Source of the DNA: an uncultured Eubacteriales bacterium | Lineage (GTDB): Bacteria > Bacillota > Clostridia > Oscillospirales > CAG-272 | NCBI GenBank assembly: GCA_934796165.1 | Contig: CAKVOU010000001.1 | Span: 78,752 to 142,751 of the forward strand | Direction: 5' to 3' | DNA length: 64,000 bases | Shown: one piece after another, positions 46,505-57,472 of the stretch | Layout of the letters: every line of letters starts with the position of its first letter | Position numbering within the stretch: position 1 is the stretch's first letter | Notes under the pieces: model-generated | Seen by the model: the letters and a program-made list of their open reading frames with translations, nothing else | Databases searched by the model: none | What the model was told of the DNA's origin: nothing | Position numbers and translations under genes: made by a program

Positions 46505-48052
46505 GTGTTTAAAAGCCTGAGAACCAAATACATTGTAACGTTTCTGATCGTCATCGGGATGTCTTTTCTGATTCTTTGGATCGTAATGATATCGCTGGTA
46601 CGGGCACAGGGCAAGCAGATCAAACAGACGATCATAGAAAACAAGGCAAGCAATGTGTATATGTATCTGAATAATCTGACCCGGTCGAACCCCGAGCTGA
46701 CACTTGACGAGCAGGTGGCGATCAACGGGTACGAACTCATGGACAACATCACGAATGATACCAACGAGCTTTCCATCGTGATCGTGGACGCTGACGGCAA
46801 GGTGCTCGCGGTGCAGGGCGAGGGAGCCAACTGCAAACTGGGGGATACGCTTCCGGACAAGGTCATGAGCCTGCTTCGCAGCGGAGCCACCATTACGACA
46901 GAGGAGCGGGCAGGCGAAAGCGCGACGGAGATTCCGGACGAACCGAAGCCGCACAGCGTGCAGGAAATGTTTTCCGGAACACTCGGCTCTCCGGAGCTGG
47001 TGGTCGGGTATCCGATCTTCTCGATGAACGGTTCCGATGTCCGTCAGGTGTGCGGAGCGGTAATTGTGTACTCACAAAGCGCCAGTTGGGAGCATCTGAC
47101 GAGGATCATGACCAGTGCTATCCTGATCGCGACCGTCATTGTTCTGGCCATTGCCCTGATCGCGGTATCTGTCATCAGTATTCATGTTACCTCTCCGCTC
47201 AAACGGATGAATGAGGCAGTCAAGGAATACGCAAAGGGCAATTTCTCCGCCCGCGTTGCGGTGTACGGAAAGGACGAGGTCGCGGAGCTGGGCGTTGCAT
47301 TCAACCGTATGGCGGAGGATCTCGGAAGACTCGAGACCATGCGGAACTCCTTCCTTGCCAATGTTTCCCACGATCTCCGCACGCCGATGACGACCATCGG
47401 CGGGTTTGTGGACGGGATCTTGCAAGGGTTCATCCCGCCGGAAAAGGAGAAGCATTACCTCGAGATCGTTTCAACCGAGATCAAGCGCCTGTCAAGACTG
47501 GTTTCCTCTCTTCTGGATATTTCCAAGATGGAAGCGGGCGACCGCAAATTTGTCATGTCAACCTTCGATATCTGCGAGATGGGCAGACAGATTCTCATCT
47601 CCTCGGAGCAGCGTATCGAAAAAAAGCATCTGGATGTCACCTTTGACTGTGACGAGGAAAACATTTATGTGACAGCAGATCGTGATGCGATATATCAGGT
47701 GTTTTATAACCTGTGTGACAACGCCGTCAAGTATTCCTCAGAGGGGGCGAAGCTGCGGATCCGGATTGCCGGGCAAAAGGGACACAAGGTGCTGATTACC
47801 GTGTTCAACGAAGGGCAGGGAATCCCGTATGAGGACCAGCCTCTGATTTTCGAGCGGTTCTACAAGGCGGACAAGAGCCGCAGTCTTGACAAGAGCGGGC
47901 TGGGACTTGGTCTTTACATTGTCAAGACCATCATCAAGGCGCACGGCGAAGACATCTGGGTCAGGAGTGAGTACGGAAAGAACTGCGAATTCGGTTTCAC
48001 TCTGACCGTTTCTTCTCACGGAAAACCGCAGGCAGAGCGCAGAGCCTATTGA
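46505..48052 (+). CDS. sensor histidine kinase
   Basis: ORF 46427-48052. Preferred start is GTG 46505 after GGAGGG. Two TM helices, HAMP, H-box NVSHDLRTPMT and HATPase N/G boxes (DNAVKY, GLGLGLYIVK). Confidence 0.85.
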   Translation: MFKSLRTKYIVTFLIVIGMSFLILWIVMISLVRAQGKQIKQTIIENKASNVYMYLNNLTRSNPELTLDEQVAINGYELMDNITNDTNELSIVIVDADGKVLAVQGEGANCKLGDTLPDKVMSLLRSGATITTEERAGESATEIPDEPKPHSVQEMFSGTLGSPELVVGYPIFSMNGSDVRQVCGAVIVYSQSASWEHLTRIMTSAILIATVIVLAIALIAVSVISIHVTSPLKRMNEAVKEYAKGNFSARVAVYGKDEVAELGVAFNRMAEDLGRLETMRNSFLANVSHDLRTPMTTIGGFVDGILQGFIPPEKEKHYLEIVSTEIKRLSRLVSSLLDISKMEAGDRKFVMSTFDICEMGRQILISSEQRIEKKHLDVTFDCDEENIYVTADRDAIYQVFYNLCDNAVKYSSEGAKLRIRIAGQKGHKVLITVFNEGQGIPYEDQPLIFERFYKADKSRSLDKSGLGLGLYIVKTIIKAHGEDIWVRSEYGKNCEFGFTLTVSSHGKPQAERRAY

Positions 48053-48060
48053 TTCCATCA

Positions 48061-48102
48061 AAAAACGCTCCCGCATCCGTACCGGATGCGGGAGCGTTTT
48101 TT
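48061..48102. terminator. bidirectional terminator
   Basis: AAAAACGCTCCCGCATCCG-gta-CGGATGCGGGAGCGTTTTT. Confidence 0.8.
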
Positions 48103-48125
48103 GATGAAAGCCGGGAAAGCGGAGA

Positions 48126-48803
48126 TTACGAAAGTCTGCGGAAGGGATGCTCCTCTGCCGAGTGCAGCATGGATTCCACGGTCGCGCGCACCTTGCGTGC
48201 ACCGAAAATGGCGGAACCGGCAACGATGACGTTGGCACCTGCTTCGGTCGCAAGCGAGATGTTGTCCGCGTTGATGCCGCCGTCCACCTCAATGTCAAGC
48301 GGGATCCCGTGATCATCGGCGTAGGTACGGATCATTCTTACCTTGTCAAGCATTTCGGGAATCATTTTCTGACCGCCGAACCCCGGATAAACCGTCATAA
48401 TGAGCACCATATTTACCTTGTCAAGAAGCGGAATCAGCACGTCCGCCGGTGTGTCCGGCGAGATCGCAACCCCAACTCTCACCTGTTCCCGGCGGATCGA
48501 CCGCGCAAGCGCGGCGGGATTTTCCGACGCCTCATAATGGAAGGTGATGATGTCCGCTCCGGCGCGGATGAAGTCCCTGATGTAACGCTCGGGGCGCTGA
48601 ATCATCAGGTGTACATCAAAGATCTGCTTGGAATGGGGACGCAGGGAGGAGATGACCGGTGCGCCGAAACTGATGTTCGGAACGAACGCGCCGTCCATGA
48701 CGTCGAGGTGCAGATATGCGGCACCTGCGGCTTCGACCCTTGCGACATCCTGTGCAAGCTTGGAAAAATCCGCGGAAAGAATAGAAGGAGAAATGTAGAT
48801 CAT
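48126..48803 (-). CDS. rpe: ribulose-phosphate 3-epimerase
   Basis: ORF runs to 48932. Preferred start is ATG 48803 (MIYISPSILSADFSKL...HLDVMDG...). Confidence 0.9.
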   Translation of the reverse strand: MIYISPSILSADFSKLAQDVARVEAAGAAYLHLDVMDGAFVPNISFGAPVISSLRPHSKQIFDVHLMIQRPERYIRDFIRAGADIITFHYEASENPAALARSIRREQVRVGVAISPDTPADVLIPLLDKVNMVLIMTVYPGFGGQKMIPEMLDKVRMIRTYADDHGIPLDIEVDGGINADNISLATEAGANVIVAGSAIFGARKVRATVESMLHSAEEHPFRRLS

Positions 48804-49160
48804 GACCGTGACCCTGGCTTTCGGAATGAAAGCTTCCTTTCTTATGCTTCTTATGCTCTTGGTTCTTGTTCTTGAGCGCTTGAAATCGTGGGCTTTCCGG
48901 TTTTTGCTTTGATTTTCATCAAATCTGAGCATGCCTGTCCGGGGCGGGACGAGCAGTGCAGAATCCTCACAAAATCCTTGATTCCGACATAATATGAGGT
49001 GTACCCCTTTTGAAGATTCGTATTCCTCCCGCCTGGCAAGGTTGAAAAAAGAACAGGAACTGACGGAACGGGACCATGTGGGAGGGTACTTTTGCGTCGG
49101 CTCGCAGGGAATGTCCGCACGTGTTCGTTGCGCGTGAACTGCCTGCCGACGCGCCTTTCG

Positions 49161-49640
49161 TCAGTCGTCTGCCGGGAAGAGCAGGCAGACCGCGTGCGCG
49201 GCAATTCCTTCGCCCGTACCGGTAAATCCCAGCCCTTCTTCGGTCGTCGCCTTGACGCTGACGTCCGTGACCGGGATCCCGAGCACCCGCGCAAGATTCT
49301 GCCGCATGGCAGGAATGTGTCCGGCGAGTTTCGGAGCCTCGCAAAGAATCGTCGCATCAATGTTGCCGATGCGGTAACCGTGCGAGCGGACAAGCCCTCC
49401 GACACGGGACGCGAGCTTCAGGCTGTCGGCACCTGCATAAACCGGGTCGGTGTCCGGGAAGAGCTTCCCGATGTCCCCGAGCGCGAGCGCACCGAGCAGT
49501 GCATCCATGACCGCATGGGTCAGAACGTCCGCGTCGGAATGCCCGAGCAGTCCCTTGGTAAACGGGATTTCCACCCCGCCGAGGATCAGCTTTCTGCCTT
49601 CCGTCAGGCGGTGTACATCATAACCGTGTCCGATTCGCAT
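49161..49640 (-). CDS. ispF: 2-C-methyl-D-erythritol 2,4-cyclodiphosphate synthase
   Basis: ORF runs to 49736. Preferred start is ATG 49640 ([12 protein letters not shown]...GHSDADV...). Confidence 0.9.
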   Translation of the reverse strand: MRIGHGYDVHRLTEGRKLILGGVEIPFTKGLLGHSDADVLTHAVMDALLGALALGDIGKLFPDTDPVYAGADSLKLASRVGGLVRSHGYRIGNIDATILCEAPKLAGHIPAMRQNLARVLGIPVTDVSVKATTEEGLGFTGTGEGIAAHAVCLLFPADD

Positions 49641-49876
49641 TGCCGTTTCGCCATCCTTTCCGTTTCTGTAAAACGATGTGTCAGATTCAAAGCCTACGCG
49701 CTCACAGTTGCATCCAGCCGTCACGCCCGGAGTCAAACCCTGTAATTTGTTGGCTTGGGACGGACGGGTTTGATTTTCGTTCTCCGCTTTTTCCGTCGCA
49801 CCTGTCGGAATACTTTTCCGGTATGCGTCGGTGTCCTCCGGGAACCAACTTACATTGAAAACTTCATCGGGCGGGT

Positions 49877-50644
49877 TTATTTCCCGTCCTTTCCCTTGCC
49901 TGTCTCCCGCGCCCGGATGACCGCTTCCGCTAAAATCAGGTCGTCCGGCTCGGTGATTTTGAAATTCAGATGTCCCACGTCCACCGGCGTGACCGTGTGG
50001 CGGATATGCTCCACCAGGGACGCGTCGTCGGTGCCGACGAATTTTTCATCCCTTGCGGTGTACGCCGCGGCGCGGTAGAGATTTGCAAGAAATACCTGCG
50101 GGGTGGACGCGAGCCAGAGGTTCTTCCGGTCAGGCGTTTCGAGGAAGCCCTTCTTTTTGACTTCCTTGACGGTGTCCACCGCAGGGCAGGCGGCAATTGC
50201 CGCATCACTTGCGTATGCGGCATAACAGACGCTGTCGATCTGCTCCGGCAGAATGAGACAGCGCGCCGCGTCGGAAATGGCAACGTACCGTGCCTTCTCC
50301 GAAATTGCTTCCACACCGAGGAGCACCGATTCCTGCCGGGTCTCCCCACCAGGGACGACCGCGCGGAGCTTTCCGATGCCGTATCTGCTCCGGAGTTCGT
50401 CATATAAGGGAATTTCCTCCGCCTTCGCGGCGACCACGATCTCCGAGATGCAGTCCGACGCCTGGAACGCCATCAGTGTCCGCGCGACGACGGGAATTCC
50501 GCAGATCGGGAGCATTTGCTTGGATACGTTCCCGCCCATCCGCACGGAGGATCCGCCCGCCACAATGACCGCGGCGGTCAGATGCTGCGGCACCCCGCCG
50601 ACAGCCCGGATGAGGTCGGCGATTCTGTGATTCAGCTTTGCCAT
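49877..50644 (-). CDS. ispD: 2-C-methyl-D-erythritol 4-phosphate cytidylyltransferase
   Basis: 255 aa, [14 protein letters not shown]...[10 protein letters not shown]..., with a ~20-aa N-terminal extension. The start is uncertain. Confidence 0.85.
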   Translation of the reverse strand: MAKLNHRIADLIRAVGGVPQHLTAAVIVAGGSSVRMGGNVSKQMLPICGIPVVARTLMAFQASDCISEIVVAAKAEEIPLYDELRSRYGIGKLRAVVPGGETRQESVLLGVEAISEKARYVAISDAARCLILPEQIDSVCYAAYASDAAIAACPAVDTVKEVKKKGFLETPDRKNLWLASTPQVFLANLYRAAAYTARDEKFVGTDDASLVEHIRHTVTPVDVGHLNFKITEPDDLILAEAVIRARETGKGKDGK

Positions 50645-50804
50645 GCGGCGCCTCCTTCAAAAAAATGATGTGCTTTCCGGAAAGTTGTGCTTGTCCGGCG
50701 CGGGGGCATTGGTTGCCGACGACGCGCCGTAATCACTGACCGACAGAGAAACGCCGGAAAACCAGTGCTTCCGTCCGGGTTGCCGGAGTCCTACCGGATT
50801 CTGC

Positions 50805-51272
50805 TTATTCGTGAAAGGTCCCGGCTTCGATCTCGTCGATCATGCCGACGCGCAGTGCGTGCTTGCCGCCCTGATATTCGGCGTCGATGAAGTTATCTAC
50901 CAGGTCAAACGCAAGCCCCATGCCAACGACTCTCTCGCCGAAGCAGAGCACGTTTGCGTTGTTGTGTTCCCGCGTCAGGCGAGCGGAAAACGTATCCGAG
51001 CAGGCAGCGGCGCGGATGCCCTTATGCTTGTTTGCCGCCATGGACATTCCGATGCCGGTGCCGCAGACCAGAATACCAAGCTCGAATTCGCCGCTCTGAA
51101 TCTTTTCGCAGACGCGGTGCGCGAACACGGGGTAATGGCAGGAGGCGGTCGAATCGGTGCCGACGTCGGTCACTTCGATGCCGCGTTCGTTCAGATGTTC
51201 AATGACCTTTTTCTTGAGTTCATAACCTGCGTGATCCGAGCCGATCACGATCTTTTTGATCTTTGCTTCCAT
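50805..51272 (-). CDS. rpiB: ribose 5-phosphate isomerase B
   Basis: ORF runs to 51308. Preferred start is ATG 51272 (MEAKIKKIVIGSDHAGYELK...CGTGIGMSMAANK). Confidence 0.9.
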   Translation of the reverse strand: MEAKIKKIVIGSDHAGYELKKKVIEHLNERGIEVTDVGTDSTASCHYPVFAHRVCEKIQSGEFELGILVCGTGIGMSMAANKHKGIRAAACSDTFSARLTREHNNANVLCFGERVVGMGLAFDLVDNFIDAEYQGGKHALRVGMIDEIEAGTFHE

Positions 51273-51401
51273 GGAAATATCCTCCGTAAATATGTAGATG
51301 TGCCGCACGGATCGGATCCCTTTGCCGGTTGGCGATGCCGATGACCGGTCGCTTTCCGCGGTCCCCCTGCGGACAACGGTATCTGATAAACTTTTTCCGG
51401 G

Positions 51402-52133
51402 TTACATTTTGATCCCGCCGGGGTTCTCACGCTTCAGTCGTTCTCTCTCCGCCTGTGACAGGCGCAGATAGAACGGTTTCAGGTCGGAATCAGAGACAGT
51501 CCTGCCTTCTTTGTACATTTTTTGCCCGATCACAGCGACCGAATACGCGCTTTGCGCGCGAAGCGCAACCGGTGTCCCGGGGCAGACAATCGGGGAAGTC
51601 AGGTCAAGAAATGCTTGTTTGGTCAGGTCGTATCCGTCGCCGGACAGCATGACCTCCCGCCCCGCGTAAACGGTGCGCAGTTCCGCTTCCAGCTCCGTGA
51701 CCGAGAGTGCCCGATCGGGGGTAAGGCGGGTGAGTGTTCCGTCATGTGCTTCAAACAGCGCGTTGTAAACCTGTCCGCGCCGTGCGTTCATGACGGGGCA
51801 GAGGATCATATTCTCAAAGCCGATGAGATTGTATGCAAGTGCCTCCAGTGTCGAAACGGCAACGCAGGGCTTGTCCTTTCCGAACGCGAGCCCTTTGACG
51901 GTTGCCGCGCCGATGCGTACCCCGGTAAAGGAACCGGGACCTGCGGACAGGGCAAACAGCCCGATGTCGTTCATGGAAAGGGAGAGCCGCAGAAGCGACG
52001 ACTCAATCATCGGCAGCAGGTTCTCGCTGTGGGTATTCTTGTTGGAAACGGTGAACAGCGCGAGCGGCGCCTCTTCCTCTGCAATGCAGACCGACGCGGT
52101 GACTGCGGTGCTTTCAACGGCAAGCGTCAGCAT
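51402..52133 (-). CDS. tsaB: tRNA t6A biosynthesis protein TsaB
   Basis: 243 aa, MLTLAVESTAVTASVCI...GPGSFTGVRIG... Overlaps tsaE by 7 bp. Confidence 0.85.
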   Translation of the reverse strand: MLTLAVESTAVTASVCIAEEEAPLALFTVSNKNTHSENLLPMIESSLLRLSLSMNDIGLFALSAGPGSFTGVRIGAATVKGLAFGKDKPCVAVSTLEALAYNLIGFENMILCPVMNARRGQVYNALFEAHDGTLTRLTPDRALSVTELEAELRTVYAGREVMLSGDGYDLTKQAFLDLTSPIVCPGTPVALRAQSAYSVAVIGQKMYKEGRTVSDSDLKPFYLRLSQAERERLKRENPGGIKM

Positions 52134-52579
52134 GATAAAAGAACCTCCTCAATCCGGATATTGCGGTCGTCGGGCGAGCCGTCCGGTATCTTTTCAATGG
52201 TGACGCGCAGATGGCGGTCGGGCAGGGCAAAGGGGATCTTTTCGCTCCATTCGACGAGGCACACGCCGGGGCGGTCGAGGTAATCATAAAACCCGATGGA
52301 GTCAAGGTCGTCCTCGTTCTCAATGCGATACATATCAAAGTGGAAAAGAGACATTTTCCCGTTTTTGTACTCATTGACAAGCGCGAAGGTGGGGGAGCGG
52401 ACCGGGACGCCCGGGGCGTACACCGAGGCGTATCCGCGGGTGAACGCCGTTTTCCCGACACCGAGGTCGCCGAACAGCGCGATGAACGGCGGCAAATCCG
52501 GGTGGGAAATCATATATTCCGCAAGCCGCGCGCCGCACGCTTCGGTTTCTTCCGGGGAATGAGTCTGGATGTTCTTCAT
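52127..52579 (-). CDS. tsaE: tRNA t6A biosynthesis ATPase TsaE
   Basis: ORF runs to 52657. Preferred start is ATG 52579 (MKNIQTHSPEET...LFGDLGVGKTAFTRG). Confidence 0.85.
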   Translation of the reverse strand: MKNIQTHSPEETEACGARLAEYMISHPDLPPFIALFGDLGVGKTAFTRGYASVYAPGVPVRSPTFALVNEYKNGKMSLFHFDMYRIENEDDLDSIGFYDYLDRPGVCLVEWSEKIPFALPDRHLRVTIEKIPDGSPDDRNIRIEEVLLSC

Positions 52580-52675
52580 AAAACAGCAACCGCTCCTGTC
52601 GTGGGAGCTCCGCGGGTCTTGTTCCGGGCGGATCTCTTCACGGAAATTATAGCACAAATGTGCCGGTTTGTAAAG

Positions 52676-52885
52676 TTATTTCTTTTTGAGATCGGACAGC
52701 GGAATCCGTGTCCCGTCGGGTTCCACAATGACGGTGTGATCCAGCTCCGAGCCGAAAGAAATGCGGATCTCCTTCAGATACTCCTCCCGAAGCGCTTTCT
52801 GTTCCGCAAGCTCCTCTTCGGTCAGCTTTCTTTCGCGGGATGCGCGTCCCAGTTCGTTGATGCGTGCGATTTTTGCTTTTTCCAT
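52676..52885 (-). CDS. DUF896 (UPF0291/YnzC-like) small protein
   Basis: 69 aa, MEKAKIARINELGRASRERKLTEEELAEQKALREEYLKEIR... Confidence 0.7.
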   Translation of the reverse strand: MEKAKIARINELGRASRERKLTEEELAEQKALREEYLKEIRISFGSELDHTVIVEPDGTRIPLSDLKKK

Positions 52886-52952
52886 GGTATTTTTTCTCCT
52901 TTGTGTCTGCGGCTTTGATTACCCGGTCGGCTTGATTTCGGACTATCTCCGG

Positions 52953-54713
52953 TCAGACCGTACTGTACAGGCGGTACAACTCGCTGTAAATGCCGCCCTT
53001 GTTCATCAGTTCCTCATGGGTACCCGTTTCGGCAATGCCGTCCTCGGTCAATACCACAATGGTGTCCGCCCCGCGGATGGTGGTCAGGCGGTGCGCAATG
53101 GTCAGCGTCGTGCGACCCTTTGCCAGTTTTTCAAGCGATTTCTGAATCAGCCGTTCGCTTTCGTTGTCCAGCGCACTGGTCGCCTCGTCGAGGATGAGGA
53201 TCGGCGGATCCTTTAAGAACACGCGGGCAATGGAAATCCGTTGCTTCTGCCCGCCGGACAATTTGACGCCGCGTTCGCCGACGTATGTATCGTAGCCGTT
53301 CGGCAGACCCATGATGAATTCATGCGCTCCCGCAAGCCGCGCGGCGCGCTCGATCTCTTCGTCCGTCGCACCGGGCTTCCCGTAGGCGATATTCTCGCGG
53401 ACGTTGCCGGAGAAAAGGTACACGTCCTGCTGCACGATACCGATCTGGCGGCGGAGCGAGGACATGGTGATGTCGCGGATGTCGCGTCCGTCAAGGAGAA
53501 TGCGCCCCTCCGTGATTTCATAGAACCGGGGAATGAGCGAGCAGAGCGTCGTCTTGCCGCCGCCCGACGGTCCCACGAGAGCCACGTTTTCCCCTTCGCG
53601 GATATGCAGATTCAGGTGGGTCAGGACGTTCTTGTCCACGTCGGTGTAGTGGAACGAAATGTCGTCCATCACGATGTCGCCGCGCGCGGAGGTGATCTCC
53701 ACGGCATCCTTGCGGTCAACGATTTCCGGCTCGGTCTCCATGATCTCGGTGAAACGTTCGATGCCCGTCATGCCCCGCTGGAACTGTTCCGCAAACTCCA
53801 CAATCCGGCGGACGGTGGAGAGCAGCGTGGTCACATAGAGTAAGAAGGTCACCATATCCGCCGCATCGATCTGACCGTTCTTGATAAACAGCGCACCGAT
53901 GATGACGACCACGAGGTACAGGATTCCCTCGGAGCAACGGGTCGCGGTCTGAAATCCGCCGAAATAGCGGTACATCAGCTTCTTGATTGCAAGAAACCGC
54001 TGGTTGCCTTTTTCAAACTTTTCGATCTCCGTTTCCTCGTTGGCAAACGCCTTGACCTCGTGATTTCCGAGCAGGCTGTCCTCCACCTGCGCGTTGAGTT
54101 CCGCGACACAGCGGCGGGATTCTCTCTGGGTCTCGCGCATTTTGCGGTTGAAGAGGGCAAGCACTACGACCATCACGGGGAGTATGGCGAAGATGATGAG
54201 TGTGAGCGGCTTGTTGATAAAGAACAGAATGAAGAATGAGGCGATGATCTTGATGCCTGCGATGAAAAATTCCTCGGGGCAGTGGTGCGCGAACTCGGTC
54301 ACGTCAAAGAGATCGCTCGTAATACGCGACATGAGCGTGCCGATCTTGGTGTTGTCGTAAAAAGAGAAGGACAGCTTCTGCAGATGGGTGAAGAAGTCTC
54401 TCCGCATATCCGTTTCGATCTTGGTGCCCATGATGTGCCCGACCGAGGACATATAGAAATACGCGGCGGTGTCCACCAGCCGGAGGATGAGATACAGCGC
54501 GGCGCACTTGCCGATGAGCGACAGAGTCAGGGATGCGATATCATAGATTGCGGCATTGGAAATGGTGCGGACGATCATGGGGAGTGCGAGATCGCACAGC
54601 GTCGTCAGGGCGGCGCAGAAGAGATCGAGCAGGACCGTGCCGATGTGCCGCCGGTAATACGGAAGGAATTTCTTGAGAAGACTTCGCTTTTTGGCTTTTT
54701 CTTTGGAATTCAT
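52953..54713 (-). CDS. ABC transporter permease/ATP-binding protein (type I exporter)
   Basis: 586 aa. Six-TM domain plus NBD with GPSGGGKTT, LSGGQKQR and ILILDEATSALD. Confidence 0.9.
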   Translation of the reverse strand: MNSKEKAKKRSLLKKFLPYYRRHIGTVLLDLFCAALTTLCDLALPMIVRTISNAAIYDIASLTLSLIGKCAALYLILRLVDTAAYFYMSSVGHIMGTKIETDMRRDFFTHLQKLSFSFYDNTKIGTLMSRITSDLFDVTEFAHHCPEEFFIAGIKIIASFFILFFINKPLTLIIFAILPVMVVVLALFNRKMRETQRESRRCVAELNAQVEDSLLGNHEVKAFANEETEIEKFEKGNQRFLAIKKLMYRYFGGFQTATRCSEGILYLVVVIIGALFIKNGQIDAADMVTFLLYVTTLLSTVRRIVEFAEQFQRGMTGIERFTEIMETEPEIVDRKDAVEITSARGDIVMDDISFHYTDVDKNVLTHLNLHIREGENVALVGPSGGGKTTLCSLIPRFYEITEGRILLDGRDIRDITMSSLRRQIGIVQQDVYLFSGNVRENIAYGKPGATDEEIERAARLAGAHEFIMGLPNGYDTYVGERGVKLSGGQKQRISIARVFLKDPPILILDEATSALDNESERLIQKSLEKLAKGRTTLTIAHRLTTIRGADTIVVLTEDGIAETGTHEELMNKGGIYSELYRLYSTV

Positions 54714-55000
54714 AGGTTACCTCGTCACTCGGGAAAGCCGGTATTTTTCAACGGTGTCCGTCAGGTACCGTCGGCGTTTCAATCATATTATTATATCACA
54801 ACCAAAGATAAAAGAAAAGACCTTCCCGGAAAAACGCGAGAAAAAGTGGCACCGCAAGGCATCCAGTTTCGGGAAAATTCCCCGCGCGCTGGTCGCAGTG
54901 ACAGATGCCCGTCGGAAAAAACGTGAGAAGAGGAATACGGTACCTCTTTGGTTTTGGAAAAGAATCCGGCGCGCCGACCGGGTTCCGTCGAAAATCGCAC

Positions 55001-55036
55001 AAAAAAGGGACTGCCTTGCGGCAGTCCCGGATTTTT
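55001..55036 (-). terminator. terminator after pheT
   Basis: GGGACTGCC-ttgc-GGCAGTCCC with an A-run/T-run on both sides. The T-run follows the hairpin on the minus strand. Confidence 0.7.
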
Positions 55037-55057
55037 GGAGAAAAGATTCAACCTGCG

Positions 55058-57457
55058 TCAGCCGCGCAGACCGATCCCCATCTTGAATTGCAGATCCTTG
55101 ACGATCTTGGCGGAAACCTTGTCCGCTTCCTCCACGGTGAGAGTACGGTCGGCGGCGCGGAGCGTGACGCGCAGGGAGACCGACTTCTTGCCGTCGCCGA
55201 GCTGCGGTCCGCGGTAGATGTCAAATACTTCGATGCTCTCCACCAGTTTGCCCGCCGCCTTACGCATGACGGCTTCCACGTGACCGACCTCCACGTCCTC
55301 ATCGCAGACGAAGGAGTAATCGCGGGTGGTTGCGGGGAACTTGGGAAGCGGCTTGAAATCGCGGGTCAGATCGGCGTTTGCCCAAAGCGCTTCAAAGTCG
55401 ATGACGGCGAGGTATACGGGTTCGTCTATGCCGTAATTCTGTGCGGTGAGGGGGTGTACCTGCCCGACGGTTCCGAGTTGCGTGCCGTCTGTCGACAGAA
55501 TCTTTGCGCATCTGCCGGGATGGTAGATCGGGTCATCGGTCACTGCTTCATAGGACGCGTCGCGGATGCCCGCAAGCGAAAGAACATTGTCGCAGATGCC
55601 CTTCATCCGGTAGAAATCGGTGTCTCCGTATGCGCCGACGGTCAGGGTCTTGCGCTCCTCGGGGAGCTTATCGGGATCGGTGTCGGGCAGATAGACGTTT
55701 CCGATCTCAAAGAGGCGGACGTTCTTGTTGGAATAGTTGTAGTTGTGCATGAGGATTTCCAGCATGGAGGGGACGGTCGTCGTCCGCATGACGCTGGTGT
55801 CCTCGCCGAGCGGGTTGGAGATGACGACCGAACGGCGGAGCGGACTGTCGGGTGCCAGCCGGATTTTGTCGTAGTATTTCGGGCTGACGAAGGAGAAGGT
55901 CTGGATCTGGTCCACACCCATGCCGTACATTGCGCGCTCCAGTGCCACTTCAAACGCCTGCTTGGGCGTCCGTCTGCCCGTCACGGTCTCCGCGCGGATG
56001 CAGGTGGAGGGGAGGCTGTTGTAGCCGTGGATCCGTCCGATTTCCTCTGCAATGTCCTGCATACAGTTGAGGTCGCCGCGGAAGGAGGGAACACAGATCT
56101 TGCCGTCCGCAACGCGGCATTCCAGCTTTTCAAGAATGGATTTCATCTCGGATTCTTCAAGAGAGGTTCCGAGGAAGCGGTTGTAGCGGTCAGGTTCAAA
56201 GGGCAGGATCACCTGCGGCTTCTTGGTCGGGTATTCGTCCACAAGTCCGTCCACCACATCGCCCGCGCCGAGCAGCTGAACCAGTTCGCAGGCGCGCATG
56301 AGTCCGCCGTAGCAGTTTTCGGGATCCAGTTCCTTTTCAAAGCGCGCGGAGGATTCGGTGCGCATTCCGTTCTTTTTGCCCGTCACGCGCACGGAAGTAC
56401 CCTTGAAGCAGGCGGATTCAAAGACGACCGTCGTGGTTTCGTCCGTGATCTCGCTGTTTGCACCGCCCATCACACCCGCCAGCGCACACGCCTTCTTTTC
56501 GTCGGCGATGACGAGCATGGAGGAGTCCAGCACGTGATCCGTTTCGTCGAGCGAACGGAACGCTTCGCCGTCAGCGGCGCGGCGGACGCGGATCGCGGAG
56601 CCTTCGAGCTGCTTGTAGTCGAACGCGTGCATCGGCTGACCGTATTCCAGCATGACATAGTTGGTGATGTCCACGATGTTGTTGATCGGGCGGACACCGG
56701 CGGCGCGCAGACGCATCCGGAGCCAGAGCGGGGAGGGGGCGATGCGGACGTTCTTGACGACCTTCGCCATATAGCGGTAGCAGAGATCGGGCGCTTCCAC
56801 CGAGACGGAAAGATACTTGGAAATGTCGTCGCCGTCGCCGAGCGGTTTGACGGTCGGTTCGGAAATATGAAGCGGGCGGTCAAAGGTCACGGCGCTCTCG
56901 CGGGCAAGACCGATGACGGAGAGGCAGTCGGGACGGTTGGAGGTGATCTCAAATTCCACCACCTTGTCGGAAAGGAGCAGTGCCTCGCGGATGTCCTTGC
57001 CGATCATGGGGGCAAAGCTCTCATCGAGAATGAGGATTCCGTTTTCCTCCTTGCCGGGCATATCGTGCGCCGTGAGTCCCAGCTCGCCGAAGGAGCAGAG
57101 CATACCGTCCGACGGAACGCCGCGGAGCTTGCCCGGTTTGATGGTCACGCCGCCGGGCAGGGTTGCCACGGGGAGCGCGGCGGGAACGATTGCGCCCTCA
57201 AATACATTTCCGGCGCCCGTGACGATCTGCACGTCGGTGCCGGTTCCCACGTCCATCTGACAGATCTGCAGATGGTCGGAATCCGGGTGCTTTTCCAGCG
57301 ATTTGATCCGCGCGACCACAACGTTTCTCACGTCGTCGCCAAGCAGAGTATAGCTCTCGACCTTGGAGCCGGAATCGGTCATGCGGTCGCAGTATTCCTT
57401 GATTTCGATGCCGTCCGTTTTTACGAAGTCGGACAGCCAATTCATGGAAAGATTCAT
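55058..57457 (-). CDS. pheT: phenylalanine--tRNA ligase beta subunit
   Basis: 799 aa, MNLSMNWLSDFV...; tRNA-binding, B3/4, B5 and FDX-ACB regions recognisable. Confidence 0.95.
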   Translation of the reverse strand: MNLSMNWLSDFVKTDGIEIKEYCDRMTDSGSKVESYTLLGDDVRNVVVARIKSLEKHPDSDHLQICQMDVGTGTDVQIVTGAGNVFEGAIVPAALPVATLPGGVTIKPGKLRGVPSDGMLCSFGELGLTAHDMPGKEENGILILDESFAPMIGKDIREALLLSDKVVEFEITSNRPDCLSVIGLARESAVTFDRPLHISEPTVKPLGDGDDISKYLSVSVEAPDLCYRYMAKVVKNVRIAPSPLWLRMRLRAAGVRPINNIVDITNYVMLEYGQPMHAFDYKQLEGSAIRVRRAADGEAFRSLDETDHVLDSSMLVIADEKKACALAGVMGGANSEITDETTTVVFESACFKGTSVRVTGKKNGMRTESSARFEKELDPENCYGGLMRACELVQLLGAGDVVDGLVDEYPTKKPQVILPFEPDRYNRFLGTSLEESEMKSILEKLECRVADGKICVPSFRGDLNCMQDIAEEIGRIHGYNSLPSTCIRAETVTGRRTPKQAFEVALERAMYGMGVDQIQTFSFVSPKYYDKIRLAPDSPLRRSVVISNPLGEDTSVMRTTTVPSMLEILMHNYNYSNKNVRLFEIGNVYLPDTDPDKLPEERKTLTVGAYGDTDFYRMKGICDNVLSLAGIRDASYEAVTDDPIYHPGRCAKILSTDGTQLGTVGQVHPLTAQNYGIDEPVYLAVIDFEALWANADLTRDFKPLPKFPATTRDYSFVCDEDVEVGHVEAVMRKAAGKLVESIEVFDIYRGPQLGDGKKSVSLRVTLRAADRTLTVEEADKVSAKIVKDLQFKMGIGLRG

Positions 57458-57472
57458 GTCTTCTTACCTCCT

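Noticed and set aside
48804-49160. 356-bp gap between ispF and rpe containing a 22-codon ORF (MKIKAKTGKPTISSAQEQEPRA)
   Set aside because: No SD before the ATG and no conservation evidence available. I treat the gap as an untranslated leader or spacer. I saw no convincing RNA motif in it either.
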